Of a DNA stretch of 64,000 bases, positions 49,656 to 60,642 are shown piece by piece; within the stretch, counting starts at the first letter, position 1; each line of letters starts with the position of its first letter. The stretch comes from an uncultured virus (IMG/VR IMGVR_UViG_3300003178_000005) (Duplodnaviria > Heunggongvirae > Uroviricota > Caudoviricetes), in IMG/VR virus record IMGVR_UViG_3300003178_000005; one strand, 5' to 3'. Below the pieces are notes generated by a model. That model searched no databases. It saw only the letters and a program-made list of their open reading frames with translations, and was not told the DNA's origin. The position numbers were made by a program, and so were the translations under genes.

Positions 49656-51856
49656 TATGAGTACCTTTCTTTTTCACTAAGCTCAAGCCCTTTATCTAAT
49701 ACTCCATCAAGATAGAATCTTGCTTTTACGCCATCTACAAGCATATCAATCTTGTGCCATCCAGCAGATATTCTATTTCTAGTAGAAGATTCCTCGTTGT
49801 ATAGACTCACGTGAAGTTTGTTTGACGATAGGTATATGCTGATGTAGTGCTGCCAAGCGTCTCCACCACCAACACAGAACATATATGCATATTCGCCTTT
49901 ATTCTTGAACCAGAACGATACCCTCAAGACATTTGAATATATCGTCTGAGGAATATTTTGTATGGATATATAGTCCTCTTTCCCTCTAAAATCAAAATAT
50001 CTGTTTGGAGTTCCTCCCAAAACAACAGGAAGAGAGCTGTTTGACGTAATATCTTGCTCGGACCCAGTATCTATTATGCTTACAAACCCTTTCCACGCTA
50101 CATCTTGTTTTTTTGTATACAGATAGTAGTTTGGCACAAGCTCAAAATCAGAAGCACCAGGTTTCATCCAATAAAGCTTAAAAGAGCTGGTCCCAGTTAT
50201 TTCCTGGTGTCTGAATTTGATATTGTATTCTCCAGCATCAAGAAATATCTTCTTTTGATGGTCTGTCGTATATGATTCATCATGAACATCGTACCATCCT
50301 ATTATCTCGGCATCGTCAATAAGAAATTCTATTGCATCTCCACCATCTATTGCGAATACATAATGTCCTTCTTCGTATACTTTAAGTACACCAGTAATTA
50401 TAGTAAGATAGTAATCATCTTGAGGCGGCGTAATCTTATCGCTATCAACTTCGTATATTTTCCCGCTAGATAATAGATTTGTAGACTTTGCAAATTCCTT
50501 TTCAAGCACTGTATATTCATAGTGGTTCTGAGGATACTTTTGTTTGTAGTTGTGAATATCGTAGAAAGAATACAGTAGTCCATTCTCATATGAGTCAAGG
50601 AATATGTCTTGAACAGTTGGGTTTTCATTTTGTGCAACGTATGCCATCATTCCAGCAGATAGCTTGTAGTTATACATTCTTATCTTGCCAATTTCTCCGT
50701 CAAACATCTGTGTATTATTGTGTCTTCTTCCTATATAGAAGGCAGTAGTTTTTGGTGTTACACGCTTAGATTTGATTGTTTTTACAAATGAACCATTCAG
50801 ATAAATATCAACAACATCATCATCGGCACTAAACCCAATACAGTACCATTGGTCTACTATTATTTCATCAGAAATTGAAGTAGTTGAGTTTCTGACGGAT
50901 GTATATATTTTTCCATTGTACACTTTTACATAAAATTGCTCGTAATTGTCGATAACATAGCAGTTGTCTTTGTTTGCAAATTTAATCCATGTTGTCAATG
51001 TGTGCTCTGCACCATACTGCATTGTAAGGATGTTACCGCAAGTAAAATACATATCCTTTGGGATATATCTATTATTGTGGAAAGAGTCGGATTCATTATG
51101 CACAGTTATTCCCTGCCCAAGCGCCTTTTCTACTATCACCTTTGACCCAGGTTCAAAATCAAGCTGAAGGTCTAGGTCAAAAATCAAGCCCCTAATCTCT
51201 TCTGGAACCTCTTCAGAAATATTATCTTTCGCCTCAAGCTCTTTTATAAACTGTTCTTTTGTTTTTCCATCATCACTTTCGTATACACCGTCACAAAATA
51301 TTACAAACACAGACGGCTCATGTGCAAAAATCTTTAATTCAAGGTCTTTCTTTTGATAATCAATCTCAATGCTTGTTTCGGAAAAGGCATCTATATCAAA
51401 CCCTGACATTCTTGGGTTGTTTATGTATGCTGTCATTTTGGCCTCTTCCGCTCGTATCGCAAATGTCTTCATATATCCTTTGAATTTTATGTGGAAAACC
51501 TGATTTGCAACAAGATTTACTCTTCTCGTGAAGTAGTAATAGTCATCAGACCTCTTTTTTAGGCTAGATAGGTCTACATTTATTATATCACTGTTAGATG
51601 AAACGCTTGTAATGTTAACATCGGCAACATCTCCATTAAGTATTGACAATATGGTCGGAAAATCTGTAATTTTAGTTCCGTCATTGTATTGGAGCTCTAT
51701 TTTATTGTCTAAATACTCATTGACTATGTCCTTAGACCCCTTTTTTATAAATTCCCTATCACCAAGCTCGTACACATATATGTCTTCGTCTGGCTGAAGT
51801 TCATACCCTAGCTCCTCAAATAGTATTGGAGACCCATATATATTCTTTATTCTCAT
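49655..51856 (-). CDS. Lectin-like adhesin with LamG/ConA and PA14 domains
   Basis: TWIK..QWYCIG..IYLNG..IGR..F.GEIG..RMYN; G.Y.F.I...D...LID..IIGW..H..L.AG.Y.I..RH.E..G..L.W. Confidence 0.75.
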   Translation of the reverse strand: MRIKNIYGSPILFEELGYELQPDEDIYVYELGDREFIKKGSKDIVNEYLDNKIELQYNDGTKITDFPTILSILNGDVADVNITSVSSNSDIINVDLSSLKKRSDDYYYFTRRVNLVANQVFHIKFKGYMKTFAIRAEEAKMTAYINNPRMSGFDIDAFSETSIEIDYQKKDLELKIFAHEPSVFVIFCDGVYESDDGKTKEQFIKELEAKDNISEEVPEEIRGLIFDLDLQLDFEPGSKVIVEKALGQGITVHNESDSFHNNRYIPKDMYFTCGNILTMQYGAEHTLTTWIKFANKDNCYVIDNYEQFYVKVYNGKIYTSVRNSTTSISDEIIVDQWYCIGFSADDDVVDIYLNGSFVKTIKSKRVTPKTTAFYIGRRHNNTQMFDGEIGKIRMYNYKLSAGMMAYVAQNENPTVQDIFLDSYENGLLYSFYDIHNYKQKYPQNHYEYTVLEKEFAKSTNLLSSGKIYEVDSDKITPPQDDYYLTIITGVLKVYEEGHYVFAIDGGDAIEFLIDDAEIIGWYDVHDESYTTDHQKKIFLDAGEYNIKFRHQEITGTSSFKLYWMKPGASDFELVPNYYLYTKKQDVAWKGFVSIIDTGSEQDITSNSSLPVVLGGTPNRYFDFRGKEDYISIQNIPQTIYSNVLRVSFWFKNKGEYAYMFCVGGGDAWQHYISIYLSSNKLHVSLYNEESSTRNRISAGWHKIDMLVDGVKARFYLDGVLDKGLELSEKERYS

Positions 51857-52414
51857 TTAGTTGCCCGCCTGAATATTTATTATTCTTCTAACTGTCAATA
51901 TTACAACAGGATTGTCTACCCTTGTTCCCAGAACCCTACATGTAAGCTCGACACCGTTTCCTACTTGATATGCTAATCCGTCTATATAGTATTCTGAAAC
52001 ATCAGCGCTGCCAACATCTATATAGAAAATTTCTGCATATCCTTGCGCCCTATCTCTTATTGAGAACAGTTTACCATTATTTTCATCAGAGCTATATGTT
52101 TCTACCGCAGTTATTAGATAGTCGTCATCTGTTAGAATTTTATATGGAACTTTTGAGCTTCTTATCCCAGGAATGTAGTTCAGGTAAGTATTGCGCTTTC
52201 CGTTCCCATTAAGATAGAATGGAACTTTGTATTCTTGGGTTGATAGGTATAGTCCAGTGCCTTCATCGTAGTAGCCAGAGTCGTCTTGCCCAGCAGGGTG
52301 GTACTCTTGTATATGCTGCTGCATTTCTGCAGCACGCTCAACGTCTGTTGAAGCCCCCTCTTGATTTATAGATGAGGCCTCAGATGGCTTAACTGTTCTA
52401 TTGACTAGGCCCAT
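51857..52414 (-). CDS. Putative virion protein
   Basis: 185 aa, GAGG SD. Confidence 0.6.
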   Translation of the reverse strand: MGLVNRTVKPSEASSINQEGASTDVERAAEMQQHIQEYHPAGQDDSGYYDEGTGLYLSTQEYKVPFYLNGNGKRNTYLNYIPGIRSSKVPYKILTDDDYLITAVETYSSDENNGKLFSIRDRAQGYAEIFYIDVGSADVSEYYIDGLAYQVGNGVELTCRVLGTRVDNPVVILTVRRIINIQAGN

Positions 52415-52426
52415 CTATCGCCTCTC

Positions 52427-53109
52427 TTACGCTGTATACATATAAGTCACCTTCAATGTTTTACCATTGTAGGCACTATTTGCTCCAACGAGCGTGCCGT
52501 TTGCTCCAGTAAAAGAAATGCCTTCCCACTCATCATATGAGCCGTCACCATTATCTATGATGGCGACATCCATTATAACAACTCCATCCTTCGGAGCATA
52601 TGTTGTTGTGAATCCATCTCCAGATATTGCAAGAGCTTTATCAACTTTGATTTTCGGTTCTCCCCCGCCAAGCTCCTGCACCTTTGTATCGACATACGTC
52701 TTTACTGCCTTCCGCCAACATTAAGGTCAACTCCTCCAACTGTTCCCGCAACAGAAACTTTATAAAAGTCGCCCTGAGATGGGTCAGTTGGCCATGAGCC
52801 AGCAGAAGCATCGAAAGGGCCTTTATATTGTAGACCATTTGACATTCCGTCAATAAGCCCCTTGAGCGTTTTTACTGTTTCTGCAGAAGCTGGCACAGTA
52901 GAGCCTCCAGTAGTTAAATCATCAACGATATCACTGTATGCTATTTTCTCATCAACCTGTTGTTTTAAAATCTTCCCTTGCTCGGCAGATAATGGGACAG
53001 TAGTTCCACCAGTCACAAGGTCATTAACAATTGATGAAATGTTAACCTTTGCTGCAAGCGTTGGCTCCAAATCTTTTATCGATGGTATGGTTCGTCTTAA
53101 TAATGGCAT
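52427..53109 (-). CDS. Tail-fibre repeat protein (two pieces)
   Basis: IV.DL.TGG.TVP.SAE..K.LK repeated twice; C-terminal FTTTYAP domain shared with 55044-55703. Confidence 0.65.
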
Positions 53110-53142
53110 TCTTTTTCCTTTTTATTGTAATTATACAGTATT

Positions 53143-55044
53143 TTAGGCTCCAGATGAAATCGATAAAACACCGTTGTTGTTCCATAGTTTTCCTGCAATA
53201 CCTGGGTCTACTGTTGGAAGCATGTTGCCAAATTCCTCACTTAATAGAAACTCTATTGTTGTAATGGATTTTGCACCCAAGCCAGCGACTGAAGATGGTG
53301 TCGATACTGGGAGAGATGCGGAGCCATCGACATATACCTCAATAACGTTTTCTTGTTGTTTGTCCGAACCATTTCCAACTTCAAGCACAGTGTTATCTTT
53401 TCCGATATTATATGCACCAAGAAGAACCTGGGCTTGAGGAGCTGCGTCTGCGGAAATTATGTTCGAGCCAATACCTACAGCATTTATAGAGTTTAGATAT
53501 ACATTGACACCAGATGCAAACAATCCAGTATCAATATTGCAGTTTGAACCAATAATATGTCCAAATTGGTAGTTGCTTGCAGAATCAGAGCCAATCACTA
53601 CAGTACTGACAGCCGAAGCAGAATTGCTATCGCCTATTGCTATTGCATAGTCTGCAGACGCTGAACATGCAACCCCAATAGCTACAGAAGACACACCTGA
53701 TGAAACCATCTCTTGTCTTTTNNNNNNNNNNNNNNNNNNNNNNNNNNNNNNNNNNNNNNNNNNNNNNNNNNNNNNNNNNNNNNNNNNNNNNNNNNNNNNN
53801 NNNNNNNNNNNNNNNNNNNNNNNNNNGCATCATTACCTATAGTTCCGTAGTAATCTGGATTTGCCCCGGAAAACCTCCATCCAGAATTTTTTCCATCAAT
53901 AATCCTTTCCAACCCAATAATTAGTCTTGCCGCCTCTTTAGTTAATACTGATTTTTCTCCCCTGTCTAACACATTTGTTGCTACAGAGTTCTTTAGCTCT
54001 AATGTACCGTCTGGATAGTCTGCAAGACCGTTTTCTGTTGAAAATCCATCGAATACTTGATGATAATATCCTTCCTTCTTCTGTGATTGGTTCAATGTCA
54101 AGGACGACTCTACTGTTTTGTGTGACATCTATATCATCTTCAGTTGTTCCTTCTATGCTTATCGATGATGATGATAAAAATACTATCCTTCCATTGTATT
54201 GTGCTTGTATTGCATTTTTTGAATTTTTTATGCTTATGTTTGCATAATTTATTTGAATCGACGAATTTGATGAGGCTGTTATAGCATCTACGGCCACACC
54301 ATTTGTTTGCTCTATAACCATATCATACCAAGAAATAGCATTTGCGTTTGATGATATATATATTACGGAATTACCAAAAACATTCATGTTGTATGTATAT
54401 ATATTCCACATCAATATAGAGCTGTTGTACATGCACGATATGGCACGCATCCCCCCAGTCATAGACAAGTCATGAACACGACCAATCCCACCATTTATGT
54501 TAACATGGACCAAGCTCTGAGACTCATCAGTATCAATTGTTGACAGGTTTGATACAATAAGTTGTCCTGCAGAGGATGAAAAGATAGCCTTGTATCCAGA
54601 ATTCTGACCTCTAGAAACTCTTATTATAGTTGAATCTTTTCCTGAGCCTACAATTTCAATCGGAAGTTGTCTTCCGCTTGTGCTGAATAGATAATCGCCC
54701 TCAATCACAAAATCATATGTTCCACTTTCAATGCTTACTCTTAGCCATGAATTTGGAGCAAATACATTTTCGTCTATCCAGGCTGATAATTCATCGAAAG
54801 TCTGAAAGTCTCCACTTGGACCAAGCGTTTTCTCTACTACACCAGACTTTTTTGAGAAGGCAATATCGCCAGGAGTGATTGTTCTACCATCTGACATGAG
54901 GAATCGGCCATTAAAATCTTGGCCGTCAAATGTTGGGATAGTTTTTCCGTCAAAAGATAGTGTTCCATCATTGCTTATATCTAGTATTTTATTTTTTAGT
55001 GTTATTGCACCTTCTACTATTAAATCAAATACTTTCCATGCCAT
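53143..55044 (-). CDS. Tail fibre/spike with beta-helix and YadA-head-like repeats (frameshift and N gap)
   Basis: G.SGDFQT motif, beta-helix repeats, then SVAIG..A.AIG repeats. Confidence 0.65.
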
Positions 55045-55703
55045 CAGATAACTCTCCAGTTTATATTTCCGTTATCTGAGTATAGCTCGTAAGTCAAGCC
55101 ATTTGTAAGGTCTTGAAAAACATTATCCCCAGAAACTTCTTCGGTTACAGCATAGGAGCTAACCCTGCCCTTGCTATCAATAAAAATTCTTTGATTTTCA
55201 ACTGTCACTGAGTCCTCTATCACTAGGTCAAAAAACGAGTCTGAAATCTTTCTTGTCTCAGGATATCCTCCGTCGAAAACTATACCGTAGTATAACATAG
55301 TTTCGTTATAGAAATATGTAACCGTTACCGTCATTCCGTCATACTGAGAGTTTGCGCCCATGAGTGTTCCGGTCTTCTCATAGAACTCTATGTCGCCCCA
55401 CTCATGAACAACTTTTTCCCCGTTTGCATCTTCTACGGTAATAATTACACTATTATTTACTACCCACGAATCTCCCAAAAGTATAGGTGCATAAGTTGTC
55501 GTAAAGCTATCTCCAGAAATAGGAAGCTCGACTTCACATATTGGTTTAATCGCATTAGACGATAATGTTTCAATATTATTAAGCCTACCGTTAATCGTCT
55601 CACTATCAGTGAAATACCTGAGGCCAATATGTTGCTCTATCCTCTCTATGGCATCATAAATGCCGTTAAATGCTTCTCCGTAAATCATACCATTAGTCTC
55701 CAC
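55044..55703 (-). CDS. Putative virion protein
   Basis: N.IYDAI.RIE..IG motif; FTTTYAP domain. Confidence 0.6.
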   Translation of the reverse strand: METNGMIYGEAFNGIYDAIERIEQHIGLRYFTDSETINGRLNNIETLSSNAIKPICEVELPISGDSFTTTYAPILLGDSWVVNNSVIITVEDANGEKVVHEWGDIEFYEKTGTLMGANSQYDGMTVTVTYFYNETMLYYGIVFDGGYPETRKISDSFFDLVIEDSVTVENQRIFIDSKGRVSSYAVTEEVSGDNVFQDLTNGLTYELYSDNGNINWRVI

Positions 55704-55909
55704 CCTAAGTCATTCACTGACTCAAGGGCTTCATCGGAACACAGTCTGTTTACGCAGGTTTTTATTTCCGATGAGTTGTTTTTAAGAATAGACAAGTCGG
55801 AAGCATTGTCATCCAGCATTGCAACTATCTGGTCGAGTCTTGCGACCATATCTACTGAATTCGATACATCTATCCTGTCAAAAGGCGTAAAACTGTCAGG
55901 GAATGGCAT
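55685..55909 (-). CDS. Hypothetical protein (possibly the N-terminus of 55044-55703)
   Basis: GGAGG SD; MPFPDSF start. Confidence 0.5.
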   Translation of the reverse strand: MPFPDSFTPFDRIDVSNSVDMVARLDQIVAMLDDNASDLSILKNNSSEIKTCVNRLCSDEALESVNDLGWRLMV

Positions 55910-56019
55910 AGTTAGCCTCCCCCGTTTATTTTCTTGTATCTAAGATGGTTTGGGCAAGCATATAGCTAGCTATCTTTTTCAGTACAGCCTCTTTGACAAG
56001 CGCTCTTATTTCTTCTTTT

Positions 56020-56910
56020 TTAATATTGATTTTCATTTTGAAAGCTCCTTAGTGACATATCAATTCTGTCTTCATCTGGTTTATCCATTCTCTTAGAGTT
56101 TGCGTACATTAAGCCGCCAGCCGTCCCAAGTGCTATATAATGATGCTTTACCGGGAATGCCAGAACGTCCTTTAGCCCAATAGCAGCTTTTTTAGCGTCA
56201 TGCCCAGTCTCCTTGGCTGCCTTAATGACTCTCTTTACATGGCCAGCTGCCTCTTTTGTTAATTCTTCTGCCTTTGCCTCAGAAATATCAAATGATGAAA
56301 ACTTGGAGTTTTCAACCATAGTTAAAGCAAGCTCATCTAGTCCAGCAATAGAAAGTGCGGCAACTGCTGTCTTTGTGATTCCCTCACTTTCGTTTGCTAT
56401 CTTTGTAAGCAACCCAAGCTCTCTATGTATCTCCTCGCTCCTTGCAAGCTTCTCAAGGCCTGACTTGTCTTCTGCCAATACTTCTGCACGCATTCTTTCT
56501 GCTTCTTCCCACTTGTCTTCGGATGTCATTATTGAATCATCTTCCGAATATGAAGCGGTTTTTTCAAGTCCATATTCAATATCATTACTGCAAGGCTGAG
56601 TAAGGTCGAACATATCATGAGATATAGAATATTCACTTCTTGCTGATGCAGCTTTGTTTAGCTCAGCAGGCTCAAGTGTTTTGTCGCTGGCGCCATGCGT
56701 GACAACTGGAGATGCAACAGCAAACTCTTCATGTTGAGAGCCATCTCTAAGTTTATCAAGGAATGTCCCGACATTTACCTCTTCTACAAGCCTCTGTTTT
56801 TCATTGTCGTTTAAGCTGTTGTCGGATGCATATTTTTCTATCACCTTGTCAACATCGGACCCATTTGACAATTTTCTGATATCCTCTGCCATTGCAATGT
56901 ATTTATTCAT
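56020..56910 (-). CDS. Head-associated protein rich in K-x-A motifs
   Basis: IEKYAS, LNKAAS, LEKTAS, LEKLAR, LTKIAN, ITKTAV, LTKEAA. Confidence 0.65.
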   Translation of the reverse strand: MNKYIAMAEDIRKLSNGSDVDKVIEKYASDNSLNDNEKQRLVEEVNVGTFLDKLRDGSQHEEFAVASPVVTHGASDKTLEPAELNKAASARSEYSISHDMFDLTQPCSNDIEYGLEKTASYSEDDSIMTSEDKWEEAERMRAEVLAEDKSGLEKLARSEEIHRELGLLTKIANESEGITKTAVAALSIAGLDELALTMVENSKFSSFDISEAKAEELTKEAAGHVKRVIKAAKETGHDAKKAAIGLKDVLAFPVKHHYIALGTAGGLMYANSKRMDKPDEDRIDMSLRSFQNENQY

Positions 56911-57674
56911 TATGTTTTCTCCTGCTGGGTTGCGTTATTTATAAATTCTTCGCTACTTAGCTCATCCAATGTGGTCATTGGAGGCTTAACATCTTCTATA
57001 ATTATATCCAAATGCTCAAGCATATCCAAGCTAGCATCAGCTTCAGAACTTTCCTTTATTGCGGTTCCGCTTTTGACATTTCCAAGTAGCGAACTAACTG
57101 ACCTTAAATACTCTGACAGTGTTATACTTTGATTGCCCATTGATTTTTCTTTATGGTAGAAAAACGCTTCTTTCAAGATTGTATTGTATAAACTTGCGGG
57201 AGTATACGCTACAGGCTTAAGCCTATATCTCCATATAACAAATTCTTTTCCGAGAGATATAGTCCATCTCTTCAGTAAAAAAGACTCAAGCTCTGATTCG
57301 TAATCCTGACCAAGAGACGAATAATAGTCTATGCCAGTTTCTATGTAATCTAAGAGGTCAAGTTTTGACACAAATGCATCTGATATCCTAAAAAATATCT
57401 TTTCATACAGTGAAATTGTAGATGAATCTATCTTTGTCAATTCTGATATCTCATCAATTGAGCAGTCCTCTGCTAAAATCAATGATTCGATTACATCTTT
57501 CTGCATCCTGCTTTGAAATATCTTTACAACATGTGATATTCTTGATTCTGATACTGCTGATGAGCCATCAAGAATCTTTTTTGCAGCTATGCAATCCTTG
57601 TCTCTTTTGAAGCCTTTTATCAGCTCAAGGTTGCTGTCTATGCAGCTAACCTTCCATTTGTCCATCGGATTCAA
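56910..57674 (-). CDS. Hypothetical protein
   Basis: 254 aa ORF, coupled. Confidence 0.65.
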   Translation of the reverse strand: MNPMDKWKVSCIDSNLELIKGFKRDKDCIAAKKILDGSSAVSESRISHVVKIFQSRMQKDVIESLILAEDCSIDEISELTKIDSSTISLYEKIFFRISDAFVSKLDLLDYIETGIDYYSSLGQDYESELESFLLKRWTISLGKEFVIWRYRLKPVAYTPASLYNTILKEAFFYHKEKSMGNQSITLSEYLRSVSSLLGNVKSGTAIKESSEADASLDMLEHLDIIIEDVKPPMTTLDELSSEEFINNATQQEKT

Positions 57675-59793
57675 ATTGCATCCTTGTTATATCAACATAT
57701 AGGTCACTAATCTTCTGGAAGACAGCTCTTAGACTGTTGACTGTTTGTTTGTATTTAGGTTCACCTATTTGTTCTATAACAGAATTTCTTTTCACTAATG
57801 CGTTAAGAAGTATTCTACCTATTGCCGATGCACCATAGAGTATATCACCTTTGTATTGCGAAACAACATCGGCTATATCTGTATTGCTAGCAATGGCGGC
57901 AATTACTCCAACATCCATAACGCTACTGTCTTTGAGCTCGGACAATGTTTTTAGTATTTCTGGGTCTATACTTGTGTTCATTCCGCTAACATCTGGTTGT
58001 TGTTGCTGTTGCTGCATAAGCAATTGCTGGTCTGCTGATACATCTTGCTGCTGTTGAGCTTGCATTGCTGCATCCTGCTCTTCCGTTGGCATTCCGCTTG
58101 CATCATCAGGCATTGAAAGCTGTTGCTCTTGCTCTTGAGGTGAAATGGCCTGCTCTTGCTCTTGCACTGGCTGCTCTACATTGGATAACCCATTTGCATT
58201 CTGGTCAGATTGAACTTGCTGCTGGCCACCAGAAATAGATTCCACTTTTCCTGCAAGATTCATCACTATATTTCCAAGCATGTCAAGCTTTGCGTTTATT
58301 GCTGCAAACTCGGCTGACCCGCTGTCTTTTGCCGTCTTTACAAGGGCATATACACTAGCTTTGTCATATCCCTCTTTCAACAGTTCATTAACAAGCGTTT
58401 GTTGGCTATATGCAGCTTGCTTATAAATATACTCAACTCCATCATATGCAACTTTTACAAGCCTTCTATTTGTCTCAGGCTCGCCTATATTCGATGTTCT
58501 GACGACAGCTGTATTTTTTATTTCTCTAGGAGTTTCTTTTGCGATAAGAACATTTTTGTCTCCAGTATACAGTGTTGAGCCGACAACAACTGGTGTTGCA
58601 TCAGAGCCTTTTTCAATAACTACACTTTTTATTCTTGAGCCAAATGGATTAGATATTACGGCTTTGCTTAGGCTTTCTGAAATATTTTCTGGCTCAAGGA
58701 AGATTCCAAGGAATCCGTAGATTTCTCCACCCTTCACGAATACAAGTCTTGTTCTTTTGTTTGCTTCAATGTACGATTTCAACTTGGAAAAACTATCAAA
58801 TGCTGATGAATCGGAAAGGTTTACCTGCTTGCCAATAACACCATTGCCATCAATTACCCCATCAGTACCAAAAATGCTGTTTGGACCATATATGACATGC
58901 GGAATAGTGCTTTTCCCTGATGCCAAGTCGTCGGCAATAACAACTTCTGTTGGCTTTAGAGAGTTTAGTGCATAGACGGTATATACACCAGGTCTCATTC
59001 CGTCTATTGTTGATATTGTCTGGTCTCCTGTTATTGCTTTAAGTCTTGTTGCAATTGAGGCGGTCTTCACTAAAGAGTATTTAGGGTAATCACTTCCGTG
59101 TGATATTGCAAATCCATGCAAAGCATACTCTTGCATAGCTGCACTCTTGTGCAACCAATCACTATCCATTATCTCGTCATATGAGAATTTTACATCTGTG
59201 AAAACCTGTCTATACTCCTTATCTGAAGAGAGCTTGTTAGCCAATGCTGTCTTTACTAAGTCGCTTTGTTCTGCAACTGCAAACAGGATTGAGCCAGTAG
59301 CTGAGGCAACTTTTGGACTATATGTCTTTGGAGGAACAAACAGCTTATGAATATCTCCAATATCAAATGACTGGGTATCTTTTTGGCTTGCCGGAGAACC
59401 AGACAGNNNNNNNNNNNNNNNNNNNNNNNNNNNNNNNNNNNNNNNNNNNNNNNNTACGGTAAGGACAGATGCAACTTTCTTGGTTAGAGCTAAGATTATG
59501 TCAGTGTCATCGTTGTACACAAAGCTTGTTGCATCAACATTCCCATTTGTGTATACGACCGGAATCATGAGCTTTTCAGACTCTATATTTAGGACTGCTG
59601 CACCTATTGCTGTTTCATTGTCTATGATTTCTATAATGTTTATCCCGACAATAAATGGAATCAGCTTAGGAAACTTTGATGATATTTGAGAATAGGCTTC
59701 ATCGGTTATGAGCTGCTTCATGTTGTTCTCAATAGAGCCTTCTCCAGCTTGCTTAATTAGTGTTTTTTTGTCAAGTTTTCCCAACCCAGTCAT
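57646..59793 (-). CDS. Large head-associated protein with K-x-A motifs and a Gln-rich region
   Basis: LIKQAG, LVKTAL, LHKSAA, LVKTAS, LVKVAY, LVKTAK; poly-Q; N gap. Confidence 0.65.
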   Translation of the reverse strand: MTGLGKLDKKTLIKQAGEGSIENNMKQLITDEAYSQISSKFPKLIPFIVGINIIEIIDNETAIGAAVLNIESEKLMIPVVYTNGNVDATSFVYNDDTDIILALTKKVASVLTVXXXXXXXXXXXXXXXXLSGSPASQKDTQSFDIGDIHKLFVPPKTYSPKVASATGSILFAVAEQSDLVKTALANKLSSDKEYRQVFTDVKFSYDEIMDSDWLHKSAAMQEYALHGFAISHGSDYPKYSLVKTASIATRLKAITGDQTISTIDGMRPGVYTVYALNSLKPTEVVIADDLASGKSTIPHVIYGPNSIFGTDGVIDGNGVIGKQVNLSDSSAFDSFSKLKSYIEANKRTRLVFVKGGEIYGFLGIFLEPENISESLSKAVISNPFGSRIKSVVIEKGSDATPVVVGSTLYTGDKNVLIAKETPREIKNTAVVRTSNIGEPETNRRLVKVAYDGVEYIYKQAAYSQQTLVNELLKEGYDKASVYALVKTAKDSGSAEFAAINAKLDMLGNIVMNLAGKVESISGGQQQVQSDQNANGLSNVEQPVQEQEQAISPQEQEQQLSMPDDASGMPTEEQDAAMQAQQQQDVSADQQLLMQQQQQQPDVSGMNTSIDPEILKTLSELKDSSVMDVGVIAAIASNTDIADVVSQYKGDILYGASAIGRILLNALVKRNSVIEQIGEPKYKQTVNSLRAVFQKISDLYVDITRMQFESDGQMEG

Positions 59794-59803
59794 TTTTAAA
59801 CCT

Positions 59804-60532
59804 TTATAGTATTTTTTGCTTTTTAAGCTTTTTTATGTCCTCTGCAAGAAACATATAGATATTTTCTGGATTATCGTCGGTCTCTGCCGCAATAAGTTCG
59901 TCTGCAAGAATTGGATTTATCTCTCCATTCTTCTTAGCTCGTTCCAGGCGCTCTATTTTTTCTTTAGATTCGGCATCGATTCTTTTTTCTTCCGCCTCGT
60001 CTTCTTTGAGTTTATTAACAAAAGCTTCTTCAATCGTAATTATACCAAAATCTTTATCGGATGGCCCAGCTCTTCTTACCCATCCATTCTTTGTCAGCTC
60101 GTCTTTTATATTTTGCCCATCTCTCTTGAAAGAGATTGTTGTTCCGACATGAAACATTCCTAGCGCAACCTCTTTTGCGTCTATTCCTTGTTCAAGTCCA
60201 GGAGTCATTCCTAGCGTAAACTTTGTAGAGTCTTGTCTTACTATAAAGATTGGCTCCTTTACTGCTGTAACTTCGAAGTCGTAACCTTCTCCAACATATA
60301 CTCCGAAAACCTCACCTGACGCCAATTTATTCATTGGTAGAATGTCTATATAATAATTGCCATCCTTTGTGTAGAAGTTTATATCTCCGTATACAAACCT
60401 CTGGTCTCTATATATATCCTTTCTTGTATCTCTGATAAAAATGCCTTTTCCGCTGTCTTCAACGAAGAAATTAAGAATAGTTATCTCCTCTAGGTGCTTT
60501 ATTATTGGGTTGTTGAAATATATCTTTGCCAT
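59804..60532 (-). CDS. Hypothetical protein
   Basis: 242 aa, AAGGA SD. Confidence 0.65.
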   Translation of the reverse strand: MAKIYFNNPIIKHLEEITILNFFVEDSGKGIFIRDTRKDIYRDQRFVYGDINFYTKDGNYYIDILPMNKLASGEVFGVYVGEGYDFEVTAVKEPIFIVRQDSTKFTLGMTPGLEQGIDAKEVALGMFHVGTTISFKRDGQNIKDELTKNGWVRRAGPSDKDFGIITIEEAFVNKLKEDEAEEKRIDAESKEKIERLERAKKNGEINPILADELIAAETDDNPENIYMFLAEDIKKLKKQKIL

Positions 60533-60642
60533 CTGTTTCCTTCTTTATTTGCTTCTTATACTACCAGACAAGGCCAAATCATGCAATGTATTGACTTGAC
60601 ATTGAAACTGTATGCTAATTTTATCATATATTGGCTTCTGAA

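Noticed and set aside
40326..55909. Diversity-generating retroelement acting on the Mtd-N-like fibres
   Set aside because: No reverse transcriptase and no template/variable repeat pair seen in the window.
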